A stretch of 56,424 nucleotides of DNA, counting the filler, from Jimgerdemannia flammicorona (taxonomy: Eukaryota): the NCBI GenBank assembly GCA_003990765.1. It is 2 parts of 2 records of this genome, joined end to end, with 100 filler letters (N's around TTAATTAATTAA, not from the genome) between each part and the next. Parts side by side here need not be neighbours in the genome. Positions count along the whole stretch, not along the records: positions 28,288 to 56,424 come from RBNJ01000581.1; 1 more part is not named here. One strand, given 5' to 3'. A program made the position numbers and the translations under genes. Under the pieces are notes generated by a model. That model saw only the letters and a list, made by a program, of their open reading frames with translations, ran no database searches and was not told where the DNA came from. Each line of letters opens with the position of its first letter. Positions within the stretch are counted from its first letter, which is position 1. Shown piece by piece: positions 36,498-48,872 of this stretch.

Positions 36498-38907
36498 ATG
36501 GTGGCAAAAGCTTCCTCGTTTCTCGTATGTGTCCATCCTTGCCCGTCATGCGTGTTCCGGGTGACACTTGTTTCCCATCCCACCTACTTATACTTGTTTC
36601 CATTATTTCTTTCTTACAAACTCGAAAAACACGTACGCCCTTCTCGCCATGAACCGTCCACTGATTCACAGTTGCCTGCAGATATGTGGCCGCGGATAAC
36701 GCTATTGGCGGTCGTGGTGCAGGTGCTTTTGATTATCGCGCTCGAACTCTACATCGTAATTGAGCATCTATCGTGAGCCCTCGTTTTCTTACATTTTCAA
36801 CACTCGCTCAAAGAAAAAAGAAGAAAATATAGGGAAAATATCATGTAAATATGTACCAAAATCTCATCCCATCGCCCAGACAAATTTCCGGCCTCACCAG
36901 CGCCCAGCAGATGGCGAGTCTGCCCATGATCGTCTACCATATCATTTTCATCTTATCACAAGTGTTCCTCCTGGGGATAGCGTGGGACGCGGTACGGATC
37001 GAGGTCCTTGTATTGTTTACGTGCGCGAGCTATGAGAACGAGAGAGGAGGAAATCTTCAGATCGCTCATCCTACACGAATCTTTTCTGTTGTTTCCGCGT
37101 GCATATCCGACGATTGGTTTTATTCACAGCTCCTGCAAAAGAACACCATTCAAAGTGAGAAACGTGATTTTTTTGAAACGAATGGGTGTTTCACGAACAT
37201 TATATACAATTCTTCGTCTGTACTCACTTTCTCTACATCCTCTCCCCCGCTGCGCCCACGTATTCAAAGTCATTGCCTCTGTTTTATTTGATTGGGGGTG
37301 TCTCGTCTACGGCATCATTCAGTTTTACGGTACGAGGGTCTCTAATTCTTTCGTCCGTTGTTATCGACCATGGAGATGGCCATTCCATTACAACCCGCTT
37401 GAGCCTTGCTCGTTTTTCGCGCCACACTTGACCAGGACACAGTACCCTCGCCATGGACATGGAGACGTCACCGGCGAGCACCTCGTCCAACACTACCATG
37501 CCCAGCATGAACACTACCATGCCCAGCATGAACACTACCATGCCCGACATGAATCATACCGCCATGATGCGGCGAGTCATGGCCATCAACATGACCGTGA
37601 ACATGACGGACGAAATGGGCAAAGAAATCTTCATACAAGATATGAAGGTGGGTAATTACAGCCGACGCCGAGTTGAGTCGGTTGGAGATTCATGATTTTG
37701 GATATATTTTTAGAATGAGTTGGTGTTGATAAGGAGTCCATTGATGGGGTGTCATATCCGCGTGTAAACGTGGAGTGCTGCGACCACCCGAGGGTGTTAA
37801 ATTGAAACGCAATGGCGAAGGGAGGAGATGCCCGAATGTTTGCAAGGTACATGGATGTTGACCTTGTGTCCATCCTTTTCCACTACTATAGCCGTATGAG
37901 ATCAGCATCATTACCTCTCTCGCCCTCTTTTCCTTGTTGCTGACATTCCTGGCATACAAACTCTACAAGCACTTCGGATGGGCGGTGGGTATTGTGTCTC
38001 TTTGAGACCAAAACGAAAATCCATCCTGACCATATCCTAAAAGATATAGTCCACGAATGCTAATCATAAGGAATAATCCCCCCTCCACTTCCACAGATCT
38101 ATAAGGATCTCGGCGCCGACATTGAGATCCGCCGTATGTACCAGAACCACCTCTGCCTCTTGACGCTCCTCAAGCTCGACATCTTCTTCTTCGTTGGCTA
38201 CGCCATTCAGCTTATCACCCTCATGCCCGGGGGCGGCAGCAACTCCATCATCGAGTTCACTATCGCCATTCCCATCAGCGTGCTCATGCTCGTGTTCGGA
38301 TTTCGGGGTGTGAGTATCATCGGCGTCGGGATGTCCCTTTTTTAAGATTCTTTGTCGGTCGCTAGGGAGCTGTGATGAGAGTGACTTGAAGAAGCGACCC
38401 TGTCATCAATGCTGACCTCCCATCGTATCGTTCTTGTGTCCCGCAGCTCCATAAGGAGAACAAAGTGGCTATGGCTATCTTCCTGACCGCCTGCGTTCTC
38501 TCCGGCCCATACTTCATCCTGCGCTTTGTCCAGATCTTCTCACCTGTGCCGCCTGGCGCGTTGGACCCATACTCGAATAGCCGCAAATTTCTAACCTTCT
38601 TCAGTACGTATTTCTTTGACTCCCTTTGCAACCTGTTGCACACCCACGTCCCAACACCCTTCACGCTGTTCTAACCCCGCCCTCTACTCCCCCAGTCTCC
38701 ACTACTGTGTTCCTGCTCATCGTCACTCTCGGCTACAGCATAGTCCAGTTCAAAAATTTCGGCCACGGGCTTAGGAAGGCGCGAGAGGAGGCCAAGACCA
38801 AGCATGCCGACCAGCGGCCCCTCGAGCACGTAGCGGTCGAGGTTGACGCGGAGGAGAGGGATCTCGGGTCGTCCAAGATAGAGGAGACGAGGTGGACGAT
38901 CGATTGA
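36498..38907 (+). CDS. multi-exon multi-pass membrane protein, UPF0658-like fungal family
   Basis: GT-AG exons give MVAKASSFL/LPADMWPRITLL.../VYHIIFILSQVF..AWDA/LLQKNTIQ/...AYKLYKHFGWA/IYKDLGADIEIRRMY...LLKLDIFFFVGYAIQ/LHKENK.../...KNFGHGLR. Family name is from recall. Confidence 0.8.
37489..37560 (+). repeat. 21-bp coding tandem repeat (NTTMPSM) x~3
   Basis: aacactaccatgcccagcatg repeated. Confidence 0.8.
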
Positions 38908-39570
38908 GCGATGGTTGACGGGATTGTGTGTTAAGCTTGCCGCTACGTTTTCGTTTTCTTTTTGGTACGGGTTCTATTTGTACCTGATCGTTTACTGGTT
39001 GTCCAGGGTTTCCTTAGCGTATGGTCGCTCCAATATTAGCGAGGATTCAAAATGTATAGTATATATATATAAAGGCGTTGCGATGTGTAGTCGGATATTC
39101 AATTACATTCCATAACGATCCTCTTGCACTATGTAACGGCGATCATGGATGTGTTTGCTGGGAACTTGGGCTGACACACGAACCGAATCGTAATCAGTAG
39201 AGGTCATGACACGGCGCTCCTTCCCCCAGCGTTGTCCCATCCAGCACCATCATAACGCTAGAGTGGGAACTGCAATAGTAACCAAGTTGATCGGGAATTG
39301 AACCCGATAACCCCCTTGTAATTAGTTAGTGGTATGAGAGGAGCAAGATTCCAAAAGACCAAACCGCACTCGGCGATTTTCCTTCTACATTTAGCCGTTA
39401 TCCGCGTCCTCTCTAGGGCTGCTGCACACTAGCCGTATGTATGGCAGAAGCACCTAGCACGCAAAGCATCCAGGCCAAGGAATGCAAGCTCGCGTTGATG
39501 TTGCCGCCGGTCGGCGGGCGGGCACGATGGAGAATCCTCCGGGGGGCCACGAGGAGAGAGGTGCAATGCC

Positions 39571-39575
39571 AGAGA

Positions 39576-39610
<35 letters not shown>
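39571..39610 (+). repeat. (AG)n microsatellite
   Basis: Direct reading. Confidence 0.9.
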
Positions 39611-39611
<1 letters not shown>

Positions 39612-40176
39612 CAGGCATTCGAAGACGGAAGGAGGTTGGGCCTTGTATTTCGCTTCATCACAAATTACACACATTTTTGATACCTCCAGCACCCACCAAT
39701 GCGACCCTACCCTTGTCCTAGAAACCCACGCGACTTTTCGGCTAGCTTGAGAGCCACCGAGACCGCCGTGTCGGATGTTGAGGCCTGCTGGCTGCGCATT
39801 AGGCCGGCGGTGGGTTCCGAATCCCGATTAGCAATCCTGAGCTTCGGGTCACCCTTTTGCTTGCAACCCAAATTAAACGGATCTTGGGATTATATATACT
39901 TTTGCTTAAACCCTTACCGTGTCCACATTACACCGTGCGCCGTGTCTGTCCTTCCGGACGAGCGGTTGACGCTGATGTACCATTCCGGTGTGGCCTGCTA
40001 CAGACAAACATGGGTGTTGAAAGAGAGCGACTGGATGCAAGTGGCGCTTAAGATGTTCAGGGACATAGTATGCCATGTATGGGACCAAGGTGCCTTATGT
40101 TTAGTTCAACGACAGTATGTACGTGTTATTTATTAAATATGCCGAGGTGTATCGGCCCAGCTTTGCTAGGATTTCA

Positions 40177-40503
40177 TTATATAGAGAGGAAGGTTTCAGC
40201 ATATAAGGAGGAAAGAATATGTAGATAGAGGATTTCAATATATAGGGAGGAGGAAGTATATAGAGAGGAAGGTTTCAGTATATATAGGGAGGAAGAAGTA
40301 TATAGAGAAGAAGGTTTCAGTATATATAGGGAGGAAGAAGTATATAGAGAGGAAGGTTTCAGTATATATAGGAAGGAAGAAGTATATAGAGAGGAAGGTT
40401 TCAGTATATATAGGGAGGAAGAAGTATATAGGGAGGAAGAAAGAGTATATAGGGAGGAAGAAGTATATATAGAGAGGAAGGTTTCAGTATATAGGGAGGA
40501 AGA
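40177..40503 (+). repeat. ~42-bp purine-rich minisatellite, about 7-8 imperfect units
   Basis: Unit atatagagaggaaggtttcagtatatatagggaggaagaagt, built from two related ~21-bp halves. Confidence 0.85.
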
Positions 40504-40782
40504 AAATATGTTACAACGAATTATATATACGAGGATGTCGTTACGATAATACAAATATTTACATCCGAAAGGTTTTAACAGGGATGAAGGAAGCATTAAG
40601 TATTTAACAAGATTAATAAGAGTCCGTGTGCTCGCTAATAATGTCGTTTAAAGTATGAAATAGTCTGTCAGCACGGTAAGAATGTCACGCCTCCTTCCAT
40701 ATCATCCCCTTTTTCCGCCGATCCTCCACCGACGGCCATTTTTCTCGTCTCAATCCTCCCCACCCTTTTTCTCATCACACAC

Positions 40783-43700
40783 TTACACGATATTCTCCCT
40801 CCCCTCCTTCAACCACTCGGGCCAAACCGGCACCTTCCCGACGATCCCACCCAGCACCTCGAGCCACTTCACCCGCTCCTCGTCAGTATCGCAGAAGAAG
40901 TCGATCTTCTCGCCGTTATAGAACGTGATACGGAAGCTGCGCTTCACGGGGCAGAACAAATCTTCGTCCACTTCATGCACCGATACCGCGATCGATGGAG
41001 AGATCGACACAATCGATCGGCGAGGAGTGCCCGCACTAATGGTACTGCGGGGGGTGCCATTCAGAGCCTTTACGGCCGCTGCGGAGCCGACGAGGACCTG
41101 GTTGTCCGCTGTCAGACGCACGGCCTTAGAGAGGTCGATGGAGGCGCGGGGCGTGTGATGTATGTCGTGGTAGGCCTGCAGGCGGGAGCCGACGAGACGG
41201 TAGTGGCGGCGGCGCCAGAACTGTCGGTTGATGAAGTTATGCCAAGTACGAAATGTTAGACATGAGAATTGGTTAAGTGGTACAGTGAAGCTATGAAGTA
41301 GAGAACTTACGTTAACGTCTCCGCCCATCTGCGACATATGTCCGGAGTGCCAGCAGTTTTGGTGCCATTCACGAATGCTCAGGGCTTCCTTGCATTCCTC
41401 AAGGTTTTGCGGGATTTCAGTCTATTGGAGAATCAACAATATTGTGGCAACGGTAAGAAACAGCCTCCGTACAGACATCTTCTGCGTAAATATTCTCATC
41501 GAAAGATCATATAACACACATACCTTATCCTCCGCCTCCGGCAGATAGAACATCTGCACGGTTATCTTCCCCATCATAATCTCCTTCTTACGTATTTGAT
41601 GTGCTGGGGTGCCCTTCTTCGGCGCGTTCTCAACGTGCCAGTCATTCACGCACGCGAACGTCGCCTGGCACACCTTGAGGTGGCAGTCTTGCATCACGTC
41701 GCGGAGAGCGATATGCGTCTGTCCGATCGCGCCATCGTCCTTCGCAAAAGCGGAGATGGCGTCGCCACGCTTGGACGCCGCAAAGACGCGGGCGAATGCG
41801 GCGCGAGGCTTCGTGTGCTGGTCAGGGCGGACGTGAAGGGTGAGGGTGAACTCGGAGTCGGGACGGGTGACGCTGTGAGGATGGGGAGAGAGAGAGCGAG
41901 GCTGAAATGAGTATGCGTTGCATTTTCGCGTGATCGGGTCTGGAAACGTATAGCAGTATTCTGCTTACATCTGGAATTCCTGTTCGAAGTTGATGTTCCT
42001 GGAAAGCTGGGTGTACCGCGAGAAGTGTTCGTACCGACCATCGTTCAAGACGCATCGAACATATGTGGGGTCTGCGGGATCAACACGAGTCTTAACGTTA
42101 GAAACTCTTGAATTAAGCATGCCGGTAATAATAGAAACAATGCATCACGATTATACATACCCTTCGGCATAGGAACGCCGACCTCCGCAACTCGCATCAC
42201 TCTCACATACAACCTCCCGGTGGGCTCGTTAGTCTTCAGATCTTCCAGGCGCAAAGGCCCCGACGACGACGACGTGGTGGTGGACGACGACGTGGTGGTG
42301 GTCGACGACGATGGCGAAGTCACACGACGGGTCTTGGTGAAGGTCTGCTGACGGAACGGGGCCGTGTGAGATGAGATGTTCTATTCAAAGCGAACAAAGG
42401 CGAGCACATATACATCAAGGGACTTACCCCGCCGCGCTGGGCATCGTGAGCCATCTTCCAGGCCGGGCCAAACTCTCCACCGATGCTGTCGCTGCTATCG
42501 AACGGGCGTTCAGGGTAGACCTTGGAGAAGGGAGAGAGTTTGCCATCGACAGTGGTGGTGGTGACTTCGACTGAGGCGGAAGCGTGAATGATCTTGGAGT
42601 GGCGACGCTCGACGTATCCCTTGGGCTGAACATAAAACGAGAACACAATGTTAAGTACTTGGCATGTGAAATGAGGGTTGGACGCGAGTCTCATATGGAT
42701 TGCTGACTAACCTTCTTGCCTTCGGCGATCCTGTCGATCGATTCCAACAACGTCGTTTCAAAAGCGTTCGATTGCTTGCGTTCAGGGAAATCGAGCAGGT
42801 ATTCGTGTCGACGGGAAGCCTCGAGTTTCAATTTGCTCATGGAGGGGTCCGTGAGGCTGAGACGCTTTCCCTATTTTCATGGAATGGAAAAGCATAAGAT
42901 CAGTATCGCGTGATGTGACTTGTCAACTCTAGACATAAATCTAAGACGAGTATATTTGATCACCTACCGTGCTGAACACATCATCTTCTTGTCCGTTCTC
43001 GCCAGCTATTTCATGCTCCTCTGCATCCTCCCCATCCTCAATATCTGACATCTGCCTCCTGGCAATCCTATTCTTTTGCCTCTTCTGCTCCATCAAGTCG
43101 CCCAACCTACCGCGCTTGAAATTCCGTTCTTCCGCTAACTCATCCAGGCCCTCGATGTTTGCCGGCGGGCTGCCGTAGCTGCTCCGGACCGTGGACGACG
43201 AGTTGGAAGGCGAGAGCGTGGGCTTGACGAAGCCGATGGGGAGGGTCGGGTCGGTGAAACTCATGGACGAGCGGGAGTAGGATGAGGCGGCGGATGAGGT
43301 GGACGAGGATCGGGCCGGGTCGACGAAGTTGAGTAGCGACGAGCGCGAGTAGGACGAGGCGTAGGACGACGAGGATGAAGATCGCATTGGCGACGGTGTC
43401 GGGCTGAGCGTGGGGCTGCGCTGTTGTAGCGTGATGCTCGAGAGCTTGGGAGACGTGGCGCGGCCTTCGTGGTCGAGATCGATAGAGGTTGCAGAGCTGA
43501 TGGAAGACGAGAAGGAATATCTGACGGAGTCTTGGGACATCGACGACCTCTCTGTCTCTGATACCTCAAGGGATTGCTTCGCAACATCGTTCTGCTTGGC
43601 GGGGGGAAGGGCATAATCGATAGCGGTCGTACTGGAGTTGGCTGATCTCAATGTGCTCCAGCTAGTGCTCTTCTTGAGTCCACCGCCGAGTCCACCGCTG

Positions 43701-46700
43701 GCCTTATGCAAGAGCTTCCTGAAGATCCCGTTCACCTTCTTGCCGTCGCTCTCGCCGGGCGCGTTGATCATGCTGGCCGCGGTGACGATACTGGTGACGG
43801 TGACGATGCTCGGCTGCTGCACCTGCGCCTCGGCCTTGAGACTCTGCGAGTACGGCAGTTCGTCGGTCTTGGAACGGCGCCATTCGGCCAGGCGACCCAG
43901 GACGTCGCCGCGCTGGGGGTTGCGCTTGTTCTGCCTGGATTCTGAGCCGGGTGTGGTGGCGGTTTCGCTGTCGTCACTGCCGAAGCTGAACTCACTTATC
44001 TCGCTGCGGGGAGAGGTCGGCGCGGAGAGAGCGGCGATGCCTTCAGAGAGCAGAGAGTGGTGGTCGTTGATGATGAAGGCGGGGGAAAAGTCGGGTAGCT
44101 TGCCAAGAGTCATCGGGGCCGGGATCGGTACGGAATTTTCGAGGGCGGCATCAGATTGTTGAGTCGCCGGCTCCTTTTCGACAATGTTGACGATGGCTTC
44201 GTCGACGATGGCTTCGGCAACGGTGTCTTGGATGGATTCAACGATTGTGTCGATCGTTTGGACGGGTTCGTCGTCGATCGTTTGGACGGGTTCGTCGTCG
44301 AGCGCTTGGGGGGCGAAGTCAAACCCAACGACTTGATTGGCATCAACCTTAACTTCAATGATTTCGACTTCTTGCACGGCCACTTCTTCCTTGTCGTCAA
44401 TCTTCTCGACCTCTTCAGCACGATCTTCCACAGGCTCCTCCACCATGATTTGGGGTTGCTCGTTCTCCGTCGTCACGCTCTCCCTAGCCATCTCCTCACC
44501 CCACATCGTCGTCTGGGACCCGCTCAGCCTCCTCAACATCCTCTCCTCCGCCTCCGTTTCTTCATCCTCCTCTTCCATGTCCTCTTCCTCCTCCTCATCG
44601 TCGTACTCCTCCTCTCCTTGGCTATCAAAGTACTCGTCATCGGCCACGTCTTCATCATACATGTAGTCGTCAACATCGCTGCTACCATAGCTATCGAACC
44701 CATCGTCGGAATAGTACTCCACATCAAGTTCGACGATCTCACGCACCTCGGCCATCTCGTTCCAGGTGACGGTCTTGCGAGGGTCGGCCATTTGCACTTT
44801 GGGGCGAGGGCCACGGATCTTACCGCCGGAGTTGGTGCGCACAATAGGGGGAGCGTCCTCGCGCTTGGAGCGAAGGATGGAGCGAGGCGGGGCGGAGAGC
44901 GACACGGTGGGGATTGGGGCGGAGAGCGACACGGTGGGGGTCGAGGCGGAGAGCGACACGGTGGGGATCAGTGCGGCATGGACATTGCGCTCGGGGACGG
45001 GCAGAGGAACGAAAGCCACCACGATGTCTTCGGAATCGTCGTCGTCATCCTCGGAATGGTCTTCGTGGTTCGCAGTCGCGTCGCCTTCAATGCTGGAGAA
45101 ACTTAGGTACTTGGCGTCCAACTCAGCGTTGAGTTGCTCGATCGTCGGGGCTGCGGGCTTCTCGATGGTTACTATAGCTTGCGGCTCATCAACCCACTGT
45201 TTGGGCTCATCTTCGACAACCTTCTTGTTCTCAACAACCATCGGCTCTTGAGCGGCCTTGCTATCTTTGGGTTCCTTCCGCTCCACGATCTCAAGCGTCC
45301 TACTCGTGTTCGACGGCAACTTGGACAGGGACGTAGTCGGCGTGCGAATGGACGGCGTCGTCGGCTTCGGGCTATCGGGCTGCTTCTTGAAGACGCTGTT
45401 GGACACCAACGAGTTCTTCCTCAGTGACGAGAAAGGCTTGCGCTTGGGCTCCTCCTTCTTGGGTTCGGTGTATGAGCAGCTGTGGTTTGAGGCTTTGGTC
45501 GGCAGAGGACTGGCGGCGGGGGCAGGATCCTTTTTCGGCGTCGTAAGCGAGGTGACCGACTGACTGGCAGGAGACTTGATGTAAGAGCCTGGAAGTTTTG
45601 GGGGAGGCAGAGACAGATCCTCGGCGCTCTTGCGGAAAGGGTTGTTGCGGACGGGCGACCTCTGGGCTAGGGCGGCAGTCTCGGACTTGCGGCCAGCCTT
45701 GATCTCGTTACCGCGGTCCTGCACTTCGCCGGGCAGCGATGGTAGGGTGAACGATTTCTTTGCTATGGGCGCGCTGGTCGGGGCCTGTGGTGTCAGCTTG
45801 GACAAGGAGGTGGGGCTCGCGGGGCCGGGCGCGACGGTGGTGGACTCGGCGAGCTGCTTGAGCTCCTTGAATCGATTGGCGGAGGAGTAGTTGGGCCGCT
45901 TGCTGGGGCTCGAGGGCAAACCCGTCAGGTTGCTGGTCGACGCGTTGCTGCTGAGGAAGACGCTGTTGGACACGAGCGAGTTCTGTCGCAGTGTGACGAT
46001 CGTCTCCCTCGGTTTCGGCTTGCCGTCAGCTCCTTTTGGCTGCGGTACCGGGATCGGCATTGGCGTGCTGTGAGATCGAGCACGCGTGGTGCTAGAGCTG
46101 GTGTCCACACGGACGATGGCAGAAAAGCCCTTGGTCTCGCCGGGGCACTCGAGGCCCTCGAGGCTGGTCTTCCTCTGCCTCTTGGGTGGCAGGCTGATGG
46201 AGGTGTTCGGCTTCGGAGCGGCAGTCGATTGGAGGAGTTCAGAGTGCATGAAGTCGTCGATCATGGACGAGACCTTGTCGGCTGCGCTCGAGGGTCTTGA
46301 GGCATCATAGTCGAAAGCCTCGCGCGTCTCGTCGTCGAGCGAGACGTCCCTGGCGGTCTGGCCGAGGCCGTTCTTGATGTTGGGGTTGGCGCGCTGGTGG
46401 AGGAGTTGTTCTACGATGGTCGTTTCGCCGAGGAAGGAGGCAAGATGTAGCGCTGTGTTATCGTTGCCCCAGCGGTAGTTGTCGAGGTCTTTGGGCTTTG
46501 ATGCCTAGTAAAGTATTTTGGGAATATGTGTGTGAACAAAATGCTCTGGTTGCGTTCAAGTCACAAAAACCAGTCCCAAAGCTCACCTCGATCAAGAACT
46601 TGATCACGCGTTTTCTAAGAGCGATGAGCTCGTCCATCCTCCGCTCTAGTCGCGGCTGCGTATCCTCGGCATCGAAGTGAATAAGCGCATATTGTAGCGC

Positions 46701-46937
46701 CGTCATGTTGCACGTGTTGGAGCCCAAGACGCGGGCGGCATCCTCTGCCATGAGAGCGTCGTACGGGACGGAATCGACGTACTGCAAAGAGATGAGCAAG
46801 GGGTTTGTCGTGTACATATCGCGGACCCGCTCGAGGTTGGCGTCCTTGACGGCTTGGAACCATTGTATGTATACTGACGGAGTGGTCATGATGGCCCGGG
46901 TGGCCAGGTAGATTGAGGGGTTGGTGATAGCCGACAT
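40783..46937 (-). CDS. multi-exon Bud4/Int1/anillin-like protein with N-terminal ankyrin repeats and C-terminal anillin-homology + PH region
   Basis: NTALHLASFLGETTIVEQLLHQRANPNIKNGLGQTA (ankyrin); ~3.5-kb low-complexity exon; GRLYVRVMRV...; WHSGHMSQMGGDV/FWRRRHYRLVGSRLQAYHD...RASIDLSKA...FRITFYNGEKIDFFCDTDEERVKWLEVL (Bud4-type PH). Confidence 0.85.
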
Positions 46938-47323
46938 TGGCTTTGATCGTTGACGACGTTACGGTGTGTTCTGGGTGTTCTGGATATCGAAATATTAGTG
47001 CGTTCGGGATTGTTAATTTTTATGTTGCAGGGTGTGTCGTGGCGCTTTGAAAAGCGATGAAGCTGGGGAAACTCACGATTGGACCCTCTTTATATAGAGG
47101 AAATGAGTCCGCGTTTGTGTTGTCAGAAAGGGTTCGTTAAATAGCAAAAAGGCACTCTCCACACTTTCGTTTCTGTGCCTACTATTTGTCTTCCAACCGA
47201 ATATTGGAAGGCGGTGTCGTTGGTAGGCAACTGGAATCTTCGCCAGACAGGAGCAAAGATCAGAACAGGGAAGAGTTTTGAAATGGCATAAACGGCAGCA
47301 TGGGTTTTTAGAGGCCTGAGACT

Positions 47324-47378
47324 GACCGGCAATTACTCATCCGCATCGACCGGCAATTACTCATCCGCATCGACCGGC
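47324..47378 (+). repeat. 24-bp tandem duplication upstream of the Bud4-like gene
   Basis: gaccggcaattactcatccgcatc x2 plus gaccggc. Confidence 0.85.
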
Positions 47379-48718
47379 GAGCCCCGTCTGTCCGTATGGT
47401 CTTCGTTTTCGTCATATCCAAGTAATCTTAGCCTATGCGCAGCAGATCCGTCGCCCGCCTGACCCGACCGCTGCTCCCGCGCGTGACCCCGTGACCTGGC
47501 GGTGCGGTGCGGGTTTCGTCATCGCGGGCCCGCAGAGACGTTGAATGTCTCTCGATCGTTCCTACGAGTCGGTTGACGTGAACTGCCATCATCTCTCTTA
47601 GTGTCGCTTCTCTAAGCTGGCCGCACCGCTCTTTCCGTTTTGTCAACTCTCAACACGATGTATCCATGTATGGTTTTGGGGATTTGTCCCTTTCATTGGA
47701 AAACACTCTCAGCAGACCGTATAGGGCTTTACATATTGGACGTACTCAGTATTCTCAAAGCAAGCACCTACCACCTTGACTGTTCTCGCCACCAAAATGG
47801 TGTCGTTTGACTGGTCCAGCCACAAATCTTGAAATTGTTCGCACGTTGATTTACTTCACCATGATCTCATACGTCAGTCGACGAAGGGAAAAAGGAAACC
47901 AACGACAAATCCATTACCAAGCTCCCCCCAACCACGACAATCATAACTATTAGCTAATGCGATCTGCGGAAATTACATAACGGGCTCCGGTGATCTGCGT
48001 GAGTAGCAAAAAAGGCAGATATAGACGGCCCGAGTATCCCGTGACCGTAATACGGAAAGCGGGAAGGAAAGTTACCACCTGCCGAGAAATTAATTATGTC
48101 AGGGTGATGGGAATTCGCGATCACGTGCGGCTCCAGGGATTTCGGTTCGAACACAACGTGATCGAAATGCCCTGTCAGCACGGTCAGACGCTACTCAAGC
48201 TGTGGCTGTGGCCTGAGTATTGTGGCCAAGGTCAAGCATAGTGGCTATGCTGAGTGTCAAAATTGCGTCAGCTGACGTAGCGGATATAATTATTTGGCTG
48301 AGGTATAACGTGATCTAAATCACAGGTTATAGTTACCATCACCTGCAAGCCCACGAAATGCTGCGCCATTATTTAACAATCTCGAGAAAACTTCGACATA
48401 TAGCAAATATAGAAACATGGAGAAGAATATATCAAATAGCAAAAAAGAAAGTGGTTAGCCCGGATGATGACATTCTACCTGGACATGATCTGCTGCGCCT
48501 GGTAAATGACGATTCTCGAGCTGACGCGTCGATAAATAGCAGGATTGTTCCAAGTTACAAATTGACCTGCCTCGAGACCCAGGATGACTTGGCTCTTCAA
48601 AAATGCGCTTGGCGTACACATTTATTTGGCGAAGGGAAGCAGCTGATGGAAAACATTTATGGGATGGACATCAGTCAGAAATAAAATATAGAAAGCCCTA
48701 GTTCGTACGTACAGTAAT

Positions 48719-48872
48719 TTGATGCTTTCACTAATTGATAGCTTCTTGTCTTCTTTCTTTGGTCAGATCAGTGTCACAAAGGCACAGGTAGCTTTCTTGA
48801 GGGCCTTCTTGAACTGAATTGCCAAAAGGGTAGCAATTGGGGTTCTCATCTGAGTCTTGTCTGGCTTGATGG
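48719..48872 (-). mobile_element. isolated ~150-bp fragment of a D-related Gypsy pol (PR-RT linker)
   Basis: IKPDKTQMRTPIATLLAIQFKKALKKATCAFVTLI*PKKEDKKLSISESI aligns with element D IKTDKTMSKTQIAILSAIQYKKALKKAMHTFVVMICSKKQDKRLLVNESI (9665-9815). Confidence 0.8.

Noticed and set aside
39441..40136. Possible small gene(s) around the AG microsatellite
   Set aside because: No recognisable domain or convincing exon chain; not supportable without RNA data.
40177..40596. CRISPR-like array, or 139-aa ORF of SSLYILKP repeats
   Set aside because: There are no unique spacers or cas genes in this eukaryotic context; the ORF is just the translated minisatellite.
31714..46310. Long plus-strand ORFs overlapping the J-domain and Bud4-like genes (e.g. 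33192-34478, 44156-45106)
   Set aside because: They are antisense frames of GC-rich exons with no recognisable motifs.
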